Shown here piece after piece: positions 29,251 to 38,971 of a DNA stretch of 64,000 nucleotides; position 1 is the stretch's first letter; each line of letters starts with the position of its first letter. The stretch is from a virus (Duplodnaviria; Caudoviricetes). The notes beneath the pieces were generated by a model. That model was not told where the DNA came from. It made no database searches and saw only the letters and a program-made list of their open reading frames with translations. The position numbers were made by a program, and so were the translations under genes. The DNA is taken from IMG/VR virus record IMGVR_UViG_3300021400_001623, positions 1-64,000 of that record; one strand, written 5' to 3'.

Positions 29251-30261
29251 ATGGTTAAACTTCCCCCAATAACTCAGGAGGAATGGGAAAAGTGTAATGA
29301 ATGGAATAGAAATATTATGGAGGAGTTCCTAGCCAATTCATTCCATTTATCACAAAAAAGCAAAAAGGCGTATCGGTCAAATCTTATGATTTGGTTTAAT
29401 TGGGTGCGGCAAAATTTACATGATAAACCGCAATATGAAATTAAACCGCTGGATTACCTTAAATATCAGAGCTGGCTTCTCTCTATGGGGCACAGTTCAT
29501 CTGATGTGGATAGTAAACGTGCGGCGATTTCATCGTTATGTAATTATATTGAAATGTATTATCTCGATGAATTTCCAAATTTCAGAACTTGTATTGCGCG
29601 CGGTATGAGCCGCCCGGTTAAAAAATTGGTTCATGAAAAAGAACCACCGACTAAAGAAGAAATGGAAATGCTATTCCGCGCTCTTGAAGAACGTGAAGAT
29701 TGGCAAAAGCTCGCATATTTACGCTATACATACGACACTGGATGCAGGCGTGCTGAGAGTATCCAGCTTCTTAAAGAAGTGGTTGATTACAAGCCTATTG
29801 AAAAGGTCGTTAAAGTTAAAGATGAGAATGGCGATGAAAAGGAAGTTGCGATCAAATATTATCGTAGCAATCAAACGCGCTGTAAAGGACGCGGTGAAAC
29901 TGGCAAAGTGCGTCGCTTAATATTCTCTCAAGAAACTATGGACGCTATAAAAAAATGGCTTGAATATCGTGGCGAAGATGATTGCCCTTATGTATTTGTG
30001 TCGCGCCAGAATGGAGAAGTCCAACAATTGAGTGAGAGCGCATTAAATAAGTGGTCTTCTGGTTTATTTACTCAACTATTAGGACGCAGATTTCATCCGC
30101 ATATTTTGCGCGAAGCTCGCGCTACTATTGGTGTTGTTGAAGATGGTAAATCTGCTGAAGCTATGCAAAAGCTTTTAGGGCATGAATCCGTTGAAACTAC
30201 TGTGAACCATTATATTATCAAAGAAGATGACGATGATGATATCGATGAGCTTTTCGTCTGA
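29251..30261 (+). CDS. Tyrosine recombinase (SPbeta YomM-like)
   Basis: DTGCRRAE, HPHILR, LLGHESVETTVNHY. Confidence 0.9.
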   Translation: MVKLPPITQEEWEKCNEWNRNIMEEFLANSFHLSQKSKKAYRSNLMIWFNWVRQNLHDKPQYEIKPLDYLKYQSWLLSMGHSSSDVDSKRAAISSLCNYIEMYYLDEFPNFRTCIARGMSRPVKKLVHEKEPPTKEEMEMLFRALEEREDWQKLAYLRYTYDTGCRRAESIQLLKEVVDYKPIEKVVKVKDENGDEKEVAIKYYRSNQTRCKGRGETGKVRRLIFSQETMDAIKKWLEYRGEDDCPYVFVSRQNGEVQQLSESALNKWSSGLFTQLLGRRFHPHILREARATIGVVEDGKSAEAMQKLLGHESVETTVNHYIIKEDDDDDIDELFV

Positions 30262-30288
30262 CAACAAATTTTTTCGTGAGGACATTAT

Positions 30289-30906
30289 ATGGAAAATATC
30301 ATTGTTCCTATTCCGGAGAATGTGGAGAATATGCAACTCCCCTCCCCTGAGTTGGTTACATTTTATAAAAATTGTGAGAACCGCATTATCTGGCTGGATG
30401 ATGAGGTGGCTGATTATTGTTTGGAATATGGCAGGATGATTATTAATTGGAATCTTGAAGATAAGGGTAAACCAGTTGATGAGCGCCGTCCTATCCGCAT
30501 TATGATTATGTCGCCCGGTGGTTCGTTAGAAATAAATAACGCTCTTATTGATATTATCAAAATGAGCAAAACCCCTGTTTATGGCTACAATATTGGTATG
30601 GCCGCATCTGCAGCCTGCTTTATTTTTATGTCGTGCCATAAACGATTTGCGATGCCACAATCTACTTTCTTACTTCATAAAGGATCAAGTCAGATGGGTG
30701 GCACATACGACCAGGTTGCCGCAGAGATGGATGAATATGAGCGTCAAATTGGTGAACTTGCTGTATTTATTATGAATAATAGTAAGATTAGCGAAGAGAC
30801 ACTTTCAAAATATCTTGGTGGCGAATGGTATGTTACAGCAAAGAAGGCGTATGAAGAATATGGTTTTGTAGATGAAATTATCACAGATATAGATCAACTG
30901 TATTAG
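30289..30906 (+). CDS. clpP: ClpP-family serine protease
   Basis: SPGGS, MAASAA (Ser), LLH (His), YGFVDEII. Confidence 0.88.
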   Translation: MENIIVPIPENVENMQLPSPELVTFYKNCENRIIWLDDEVADYCLEYGRMIINWNLEDKGKPVDERRPIRIMIMSPGGSLEINNALIDIIKMSKTPVYGYNIGMAASAACFIFMSCHKRFAMPQSTFLLHKGSSQMGGTYDQVAAEMDEYERQIGELAVFIMNNSKISEETLSKYLGGEWYVTAKKAYEEYGFVDEIITDIDQLY

Positions 30907-30917
30907 GTGGTGATTTC

Positions 30918-32336
30918 TTGTCTAAAGATAAAAACAAAATACGAGTTTCTTTTGTTGGCGAAAATGCGCGGGATGTTACTGGATCAATGACGCATATAGA
31001 AACGAGTCATTATGAATTGCTTCTTGAATGTGGGCTTTATCAGTCAAATTCACCGCGCGAAGATTATAAGATAAATAGTGCTAAATTTCCTTTTAAGCCA
31101 CGCAATATAGATTATATCTTTTTGAATCATGTGCATATAGATCATAGTGGGCGTATCCCCTCCCTATTTGCTCAAGGTTGTGAAGGGCGTATTATCTGTC
31201 CGCGTGGTACCAAAGAATTGTTTAGAATTCTTGCTTTAGATTCTGCATACATTATCGACCGAGATTGTGAATGGCTTACTCGCACTGGTATGAAGGCGAG
31301 TCCGTTTTACGGATCTGCAGATGTGTATGCTGCACTTGAACATATAGATGAATATGATTTTGGCGAAGTCATAAAATTAAACGATGATATATCATTTCGT
31401 TTTGTGTCATCTGGCCATATTATCAATTCAGCACAACTTGAACTCTGGATTACTGAGGGTAATCAAACTAAGAAAATCCTTTATACTAGCGATTTAGGTA
31501 GTTCAATTCCTAAATATTATATCTCACCATTTGAACCAGTTGCTAAAGCAAATCTTGCAATTTGTGAGTCAACGTATTCAGATGATATGCGCAACGTCAC
31601 ACTCAAAGATCGCGAGACTGATTTGGCAAAGATAGAAACAGTGGTGCGTGAGATTTGCTTGGAGAAAAAAGGCAAGGTACTCTTCCCAACTTTTTCATTA
31701 GACAGAACGCAGAATATATTAACGTTTTTGTATGAAATGTTCGCTGGTGATAATGACTTCCATATTCCAATATTGATAGATTCGCCACTTGCCATTAAAG
31801 TCACGGCAGCTTATTTAAGATTATTGCCGGATGATGATAGGCGGCGACTTGAATCGGTGTTGAGTTGGGAGAATGTGCATATAATAAAAGATTTTCAGGA
31901 AAGTCTGCAATATCAGCAGTCTGGTAAGCCGATGATCGTTCTTGCGGCTAGCGGTTTTATGCAAGCCGGTCGTTCTAGGGCGTGGGTAAAAACGATACTC
32001 CCAAGTTCAAAGTCACATATTGTATTTATTGGTTTTGCATCTGAAGGTAGTTTGGCTGGCAAGTTGAAAACTACTTCTGCGCATACTATTACAATTGATA
32101 AGAAGCGTTATGCTTGTAGATGTGGAATCAGTAATTTACACTCATTCTCTTCACATATACAGCATGATGATATGTTGAAATATTATAGCGATATTGTGTG
32201 CGATAAACTGTGTTTAGTTCATGGTGAGTATAAATCTAAGCGTGTGTTTGCAAAACAATTACAGGAGGAAATTAGTCGTAAGAATAAAACTAATAAGGTG
32301 ATTGTAGCGAATAAGTCTACGTCATTATTGATTTAA
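30918..32336 (+). CDS. Metallo-beta-lactamase / beta-CASP nuclease
   Basis: HVHIDH, SGHIINS, TSDLG, FSSH, LVHGE motifs. Confidence 0.9.
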   Translation: MSKDKNKIRVSFVGENARDVTGSMTHIETSHYELLLECGLYQSNSPREDYKINSAKFPFKPRNIDYIFLNHVHIDHSGRIPSLFAQGCEGRIICPRGTKELFRILALDSAYIIDRDCEWLTRTGMKASPFYGSADVYAALEHIDEYDFGEVIKLNDDISFRFVSSGHIINSAQLELWITEGNQTKKILYTSDLGSSIPKYYISPFEPVAKANLAICESTYSDDMRNVTLKDRETDLAKIETVVREICLEKKGKVLFPTFSLDRTQNILTFLYEMFAGDNDFHIPILIDSPLAIKVTAAYLRLLPDDDRRRLESVLSWENVHIIKDFQESLQYQQSGKPMIVLAASGFMQAGRSRAWVKTILPSSKSHIVFIGFASEGSLAGKLKTTSAHTITIDKKRYACRCGISNLHSFSSHIQHDDMLKYYSDIVCDKLCLVHGEYKSKRVFAKQLQEEISRKNKTNKVIVANKSTSLLI

Positions 32337-32346
32337 ATAGAAAGGA

Positions 32347-32886
32347 ATGGTGGTGCTTATGGCATTACCGAGTAGTTGGCAGAGAGCACTCAGTAAAGTT
32401 GTTGGTGAGTCTTTAAGAAATAATTCTGCTGGCGGTGACGGCTTAACTACACCAATGGATATCGGCACATTCACATCGTTAGTTCATGGTTTATTAATAC
32501 AAAATATTATGGCTTCGGTAATGCCGGAAGGTGCTAAGCAGGCTATTATTAGTGCTGTTTCTGGGCCAATGGTTACTAGCGCTACCACTGGAATAATTCA
32601 TATAGATCACGTAATAAGACCATCTGTGTTTGCTAATGGTGCTGGTGGTAAAACAAAGCATGGATCATTTAGTCCTAAATTTACTTCCGCTGATCTTGTG
32701 ATGGTGTATAACCAAAGAGGTGCCCCAGGACATGGCTATTATCCGGTCGGTGTTTATGATACTGGGCGTGTTAAATGGGCACGTATGATTGGCATTATGA
32801 GTGTTGCTATTAATAATAATTTTTTAGAGCGTACTGTTGCTGAAGGAAATGCTTTAAGTCCTTATGGCATTGTAACAATGGTGTAA
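32347..32886 (+). CDS. Hypothetical protein preceding tape measure
   Basis: ORF with SD GGTGGTG favouring ATG 32359. Confidence 0.7.
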   Translation: MVVLMALPSSWQRALSKVVGESLRNNSAGGDGLTTPMDIGTFTSLVHGLLIQNIMASVMPEGAKQAIISAVSGPMVTSATTGIIHIDHVIRPSVFANGAGGKTKHGSFSPKFTSADLVMVYNQRGAPGHGYYPVGVYDTGRVKWARMIGIMSVAINNNFLERTVAEGNALSPYGIVTMV

Positions 32887-32902
32887 AGTGAGGTGAGGGA
32901 AA

Positions 32903-35669
32903 ATGCCAGATATTAAAACAAGAGTGTTGGCCGATACTTCACAAGCCGCTAAAACTATAGAAGATTTTTTATCAAAATATAATAATCGTGTTATTAATTT
33001 AAGAGTTAACGCGATTACAAAGGGTTCACTTGCTGGTGTTACAAAAGGTCTGAAACCTATTAAGAAGATGGTGGCTGAGGCTGGTAAATTTAAAGTTCAG
33101 CCAATGATGGATAGTAGATCTGTAAAATCAGTACGAAAAGGGTTAAAAGAACTTCAGGGTGCACAAGTTAGATTATTTAAGGATCGTGAAACGCAGCGTA
33201 AATATCACGAGACTATGGATCGTGCAGCCGCCAAGGATGCTAATAGAATTGCAGATCAGCAAACCAAGCATTATAGAAACAATCTTAAAGAAAGGGTTAA
33301 GGATCATAAACAGGCTGCAGCTCAACAGGCTAAAATAACTGAGGCGTCTGAAAAAAAACAAGCTAAAATATCTGAACAAATTCAAGAGCAATCAGATAAG
33401 AAGAAAAGCAAAAAACGTAAGGCAGCAGCCAAGGCTGAAGCTAAGCAAGCTGAGCCAAAAGCAAAAAGTAAAAATGCCGCAGAACAAAAAAGAAGTTCTG
33501 CCAAACAAGTAAATGAAAAGGCTGCAGCAGCAAGACGCTTAAAGGAAGTTGAATCTGCTTGGGCTGAGCGAAGAAAAATTTTAGAGGCAGAGTATGCCGC
33601 TCGTACAAAAGCTGAAAGTAAAGCGGCTGAACAAAGCATTAAAACAAATCGCAAGAAAAATGAACAAATAGCTCGTGATAATAAAAAGGCGGCTACAGCC
33701 GCAGCTGCTGCTCCACCGGGAGGCGGTGGCCCTTCAGAACCACCTAATAAAACTGTTGCTAAAGCGCGTCAGGAAGTTAATAAAACTCTTAAAGATCTGG
33801 ATAATGAAATAGCTCGATATGACAAAATGCTGGAAGGCCCGCATCGTGATTTTATGAATCCTGATGCGAAACGAGCACTAAAAGAAGAACGTCAAGCGTT
33901 GCGTAATCGTAGGCGCAATGCTAGAAATTTACGCAAGGAACTTCTTGGTAGACCAGATGACACTGTTATTGATAGTAAACTTGCGAGACGGGTTGATCGT
34001 CATACTGGACGTACTAAGACTGGTATTAGTGACGCTAGCACAGTTCGTGCTGAAAACGCTGATTATGTAAAAAGTGCTATTGGCACGCAAAAGGCGCGAG
34101 CTGCTGAAGCAAAAGCAGCACAGAAAGCAGCAGAAGATGCAGCGGCAGCTGAGAGGAAAACCGAACGTAAGGCTTTTGAGGATCGTTTGGCTAGACACGC
34201 TGCTGAAAAAAAAGAACGTGAAAAAGCGATTCAAGAGCGTTCAAAGCAAGCACAGAAAGAAGGTTGGGCTGAATATCATGCTGCTGAGCAGCGCATGAAA
34301 CGTCAGCAGAAACTCACACAAAATGCGGCTGATGAAGAACGTGCTCAACAAAAGCAGCGTAATCGTGATGCGGAAAATATTCGCAAGCAAGCTGAAAAGG
34401 ATGCTCGCTCTATTTATAATCGTGGGAATGAGTTAGATAGACGGACTGGAAAAGGCGGCGAATGGGCTGGGTTATTATCTGATAAAGATATTGCTAAGCA
34501 GAAAAAGCTTGTTTCTGATACCCTTGAATTAGATAAAAAGCTTGCCACTTTAAGAAACGCAACAGCTGGTCGAAATGTTACAGCGGCCGAATATCAAGAA
34601 ATGGAGCGTCTTGGTGCCGCTATTAGTAATAATAATGCTTTGATGAAGCATTATGATAAAACTAATCAAAGTCATATAAAGACTGCTAAGGCCGAGCTTA
34701 AAGTACAAGAACAGAATCAAAAGGCATGGGATAAACAGGCTGAAACATATCGCAAACAGGCTGTGACCAATGCGCGCAATATTCAATCGATGTCGCGCAC
34801 GTTTAGTAATAATACTGGGCGTGGTGGTGCATGGGAGAATATGCTTACGGAGCAGCAAAGACAATCTTGGCAAAAGCAAATGGCTAGTGCGACTCAAGCC
34901 AGACAGGAGCTTGCTCGGTTAAACACACAGACTCAAGGCCGGAATGTTACGCAGTCACAAGCCGATGAATATAAGAAGTGGGCAACACAACTTAATACTG
35001 CAAAAACAAATCTTCAAGGTTTAACTAAAGTATATACCGATCATGTCAAGGCTTTGAACGGCCCGCAAAACGCGGCGATTTTCTACGATAAGTTGGCTGC
35101 TAAGATGTCCGATTATAATGCAAAATTCGGGCATAATTTACAACGCAACCAGCGCTTAATGGATCAATTCAATACCTTGCAGATGCGCGCGAATAATGGC
35201 GACTTCGCAAATATTGGAGAGGCTAATCGTCAATGGGCTACATTCCGTACCGAAGCGCGTAAGGCTGGCGTTGAAATCGATTCTTTTGGTTCTAAACTTC
35301 AAAGGACATTTGGTTCCAGAGTGAGATCCGCTACGGCGGGTATGGGCGTTTATATGATTCAAAGCGCATTGCGCGGAATTGTAGAGAATGCCAAAGAAGT
35401 CGATACGGCGATGACCGAGTTAAAGAAGGTTACTACTGGAACTGATAAGACTTACGAAGATTTCTTAACTAATGCTGGAACGCGCGCACAAACTCTTGGT
35501 GCGACGCTTCAGGAAACGGTAAGTGCAACAGCAGATTTTGGTCGTCTCGGATATAACATTGAGGATGCGACAAAGTTAGCGGATAATGCGCTTATCTATC
35601 AAAATGTCGGTGACGATATTGAAAGCATCGATGAGGCGTCAAAGGCGCTTATTTCAACGATGCAAGGGT
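32903..35669 (+). CDS. Tape measure protein, exon 1
   Basis: ORF track 32903..35716; TP901-like motif VDTAMTELKKVT...ATADFGRLGY; ends MQG-T at intron. Confidence 0.88.
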
Positions 35670-36733
35670 TAATTAAAGCTCTTGTAAAACAGGGTGAATT
35701 GCTGGAACATCCTTAGAGCTCTAATACTACAACGTGGTTGGAAACGACGAGCGTGACAGTGTGAAAAATTAGAGATTGGACAATCAGCAGCCAAGGGCCG
35801 TATAGGTCAAGGTTCAACGACTAAAGCAGATGCTTGTAGGGTGGAAGTCCACTCGAAGTGCCCTGCTCTTTTTATTTTAAAGAGAAGATATAGTCTAATC
35901 TCGCATGAAAATGTGAGCAGTATATATATCATGGGAAGGAGTATATGTGGATAATTATTGTGTTTATATGCATATCTTCCCCAACGGTAAAAAATACATT
36001 GGTATTGCTAAAGAGGATAGATTGTTAAAAAGATGGGGGTCTAATGGTGACGGATATCTCAATAATAGACAATATGCTATTGAAAATGCAATACGTAAGT
36101 ATGGTTGGGAGAATGTGCGTCATGAAATTTTATTATCAGGTCTTTCAAAATCTGAAAGTAAAATAGCTGAAATTCAATTAATTAAAAAATATAACACTTT
36201 TGGTGTTAATGGTTACAACATGACACCTGGTGGTGATGATCGCACGTTTATGTATGGAGCTAATAATCCATCGTCTCGGCCAGTCATATATCAGAATAAA
36301 GAATATGCAACTATGAATGATTTTTGCAAAACATTCAATCTCAAGATGCCTACGGTATCAATGTGGTTAAATGGGAAAGAGCCAATGCCAAAGATATATT
36401 ACGAAAACGGACTACATTTTAAAGGCGAAGGAATGAATCATTTATATGTGCAGAACGGACATCCATCTGGGAAAAATTCACCAACTGCAAAAGCTATATA
36501 TTTTAATGGCGTGAGATATGACACATTAAAAGAATTTTGTAAGCATTATGGTGTTACAAAAGATACAGTACGCGGATGGACTATTGGTAGGACGGCTATG
36601 CCACGTTATTTTTATGATGGTAACTTGCATTATGAGGGTGGCGATCTATCTTTAGCTAAGCGTAGTAAAGTTAAAAATAAATTTGATGATATATATACGA
36701 GGCTGAATTAACGACTCAGCCTGAATATACATG
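35670..36733 (+). mobile_element. Group I intron (IA2-like) 1 of tape measure gene, with homing endonuclease
   Basis: 7-bp P1 CAAGGGU/GCUCUUG(35678-84) with U.G; AATTGCTGGAA(35697), AATCAGCAGC(35782), P7 GACTA(35819)/TAGTC(35891); P7.1 and P7.2; terminal G36733; splice restores QG-F-GIEAE. Confidence 0.93.
35947..36711 (+). CDS. Intron-encoded GIY-YIG homing endonuclease
   Basis: YCVY...KYIGI, AIRKYGWEN, GYNMTPGG; two C-terminal repeated DNA-binding modules (GANNPSSRPV.. / GKNSPTAKAI..). Confidence 0.9.
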   Translation: MDNYCVYMHIFPNGKKYIGIAKEDRLLKRWGSNGDGYLNNRQYAIENAIRKYGWENVRHEILLSGLSKSESKIAEIQLIKKYNTFGVNGYNMTPGGDDRTFMYGANNPSSRPVIYQNKEYATMNDFCKTFNLKMPTVSMWLNGKEPMPKIYYENGLHFKGEGMNHLYVQNGHPSGKNSPTAKAIYFNGVRYDTLKEFCKHYGVTKDTVRGWTIGRTAMPRYFYDGNLHYEGGDLSLAKRSKVKNKFDDIYTRLN

Positions 36734-37195
36734 TTGGTATAGAAGCTGAGAATAGTACTTCTATTGTAGATAAATTTAATGAGGTTGCGAATAACTATGC
36801 TTCCTCAGCCGGAGATATCGGCCAAATCACTCAGCGAAGTGCTGCGGCTATGTCGGCGGCAGGCAACTCCTTAGACCAGACAATAGCTTTGGGAGTTGCT
36901 GCGAACGAAGTTCAGCAGGATGCTGATACAGTGGGTACGGCTTTAAAAACCATGAGCATGCGGCTAAGAGGTTCTAAGACTGACATGGAGTCCATGGGCC
37001 TCGACACGGAGGGTATGGCAACATCCGTATCTAAACTTCGTGATGAAATATTAAATTTATCCGGCGTTGATATAATGCTGGACGAAAATACATTTAAATC
37101 CTCTTACGATATCCTTATGGGTATCGGAGAGGTGTGGGATGGTCTAACAGATATTAATAGAGCGAATATCACCGAATTGTTGTTTGGCAAGAGAC
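36734..37195 (+). CDS. Tape measure protein, exon 2
   Basis: Open frame GIEAENSTSIVDKFNEVANNY...LFGKR; includes ORF-track 36850..37335. Confidence 0.88.
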
Positions 37196-37544
37196 GAACA
37201 ATTGTCTCGATATACGGTGACGTATATTGTAAAACACATCTAATTGCAGGAACCTCCTTTTGGGACAATCTGCAGCGAAGCAAGCTACGGCTTGAACGTT
37301 CAACGACTAGGGAAATGTCATCCCGTACAGCATAAGCTAATGATGCTGGAAATGGTGTGCCCAGCTTAACGCTGGTGAAGAAATAGTCTGATCTGCGGCG
37401 AAAGTCGTAGGAGTTAATGATTTATATATACTGATACAGATTCTTGCGCGCCTCTTAACAATGCGTACCATGTGAGGGTTGCTATAAGATATTTTATTAA
37501 ATCATTGACCGGCGTGGATTTGCGAACCACGTTGAACATAAATG
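37196..37544 (+). ncRNA. Group I intron 2 of tape measure gene (ORF-less, 349 nt)
   Basis: AATTGCAGGAA(37242), AATCTGCAGC(37267), P7 GACTA(37305)/TAGTC(37384), P3 CACATC/GGTGTG; P1 GAGAC/GTCTC; terminal G37544; splice restores GKR-Q-ANIG. Confidence 0.88.
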
Positions 37545-37861
37545 AAGCCAATATCGGTACAGCCATCCTACAAAACTATGAGCGTGCTCAAGAAATTCTT
37601 GAGACCTCGCAAAATTCTGAAGGTAGTGCCCTCCGCGAAAACGAGGTCTATCTGAACTCTATTCAGGGTCACATTGATCAGTTGATCGCTAAGTGGCAGA
37701 CATTCTCTGTTGCCCTTGCCGACTCTTCCGGCTTCAAGGCGATCATTGACGGCATTGGCGGCGTAGCCAATGTTCTTACTGGATTGATCAACGCTTTTGG
37801 CCCTGGGACCATGTTAGCAACGCCGCTTATGGCGATGCTATCCAAAACTTCAAACTCTGGT
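37545..37861 (+). CDS. Tape measure protein, exon 3
   Basis: ANIGTAILQNYERAQEIL...SKTSNSG; part of ORF-track 37472..37915. Confidence 0.85.
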
Positions 37862-38288
37862 AAAGTTTTAAATATGCCCTCTTACGGTGTAAACCGTAGG
37901 ATGTGGGCGGCTTAATATCGGCCGCCTAAGAGAACTCTCAAATTGCTGGAAAAAGCTAAAGCTCGCGAGCCAAAGCGGAGTTGGAAACGACAAACGTAAT
38001 GGCGTGGAAACACGAAAAAATCGCGAGATGGTATATGCTGAGAAAAAAGCGTATTCTATTTCCTCCAATAGTACTTATATTTTGATACTATTGGAGGGAA
38101 TAAAGTATCGTGCTAAGTACCATTCAACAATGCTTAATCAGCAGCCAAGTCCCCTACCCCATCGGGTTCGCGGAAAGGTTCAACGACTGTAAGGGAGTTA
38201 CCAGCTGGTCACTGGTTAATAGACAGTCTGACCTATAGCGAAAGCTATAGAGGGTAGTTAAATGCTACCCCGCCATAATTGAGTATAT

Positions 38289-38329
38289 AAAAAAGGAAGG
38301 CGTTGCACGGGAGGTTCCGATCAACGCCT
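38289..38329 (-). terminator. Terminator for the nested antisense gene
   Basis: Stem AGGCGTTG/CAACGCCT followed on minus strand by TCCTTTTTT. Confidence 0.7.
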
Positions 38330-38395
38330 AATATATTGTTCATGAAAACAATTCATGATGTGGATATTATACAGCATAAAGATTACAAAAGCAAA

Positions 38396-38941
38396 TTACT
38401 TGCCGGGCTCCCATTGGTGACCGCAGTTTTGGCAGACGTTGAGGACTTTATTCGCCCCTACTGCTCCAGCCAAAGCACCTTCGGGACCAGCAGCAATTAC
38501 GCCAGCGACAGCTTTGCCTACACCAAAACCTTGTTTCACTGTGGATATGGATTGAGAGCCACATTTGGGGCAAGAGACTATACCTTGTTGCTTATTCATA
38601 TATGATTGAACTGCAGTTGAACCAGGGTTTGGTTCCATGCCGCATGCGCGACGAGCAATGCGTTTTTCATCTTCATATTTCGCAGGAATAAGCTTGGTAT
38701 TGTTTGGATTTTCGACATATTGTTCCCAAACAGCTTTATACATGTCATAAGTTAGAGCTCTAATGGTATCTGGTCGTCTTCCATGAATTTTATATGAATC
38801 TAATTCTTCATATGTGATTGTTGTTGGCAATAATTTAGGCCCTATAATTGGTGTACTTTTACAAATACAATGTTTTTGTTGCATGTAGTCACTGCGATCT
38901 ACAACGCGCCCACAGTATGGGCAATAATACAAATATCCCAT
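38396..38941 (-). CDS. Double Zn-ribbon protein with glycine-zipper segment (intron-nested accessory gene)
   Basis: ORF track 38396..38956; GGAGG (38950-54) favours ATG 38941; CPYCG..CIC, CPKCG..CQNCG, GFGVGKAVAGVIAAGPEGALAGAVG. Confidence 0.85.
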   Translation of the reverse strand: MGYLYYCPYCGRVVDRSDYMQQKHCICKSTPIIGPKLLPTTITYEELDSYKIHGRRPDTIRALTYDMYKAVWEQYVENPNNTKLIPAKYEDEKRIARRACGMEPNPGSTAVQSYMNKQQGIVSCPKCGSQSISTVKQGFGVGKAVAGVIAAGPEGALAGAVGANKVLNVCQNCGHQWEPGK

Positions 38942-38962
38942 TTTATATACCTCCATATATAT

Positions 38963-38971
38963 ATTATATCA
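38963..38971 (-). promoter_or_regulatory. Extended -10 sigma-A promoter for nested gene
   Basis: Minus strand TGATATAAT just upstream of the GGAGG SD. Confidence 0.6.

Noticed and set aside
36850-37915. ORF-track entries 36850..37335 and 37472..37915 as independent genes
   Set aside because: They are tape-measure exons 2 and 3 reading into intron sequence; they have no SD and the frames join on splicing.
38303-38605. Independent plus-strand 100-aa gene
   Set aside because: Starts inside a hairpin, overlaps the better-supported antisense gene and has no motif; kept only as a possible alternative-splice tail.
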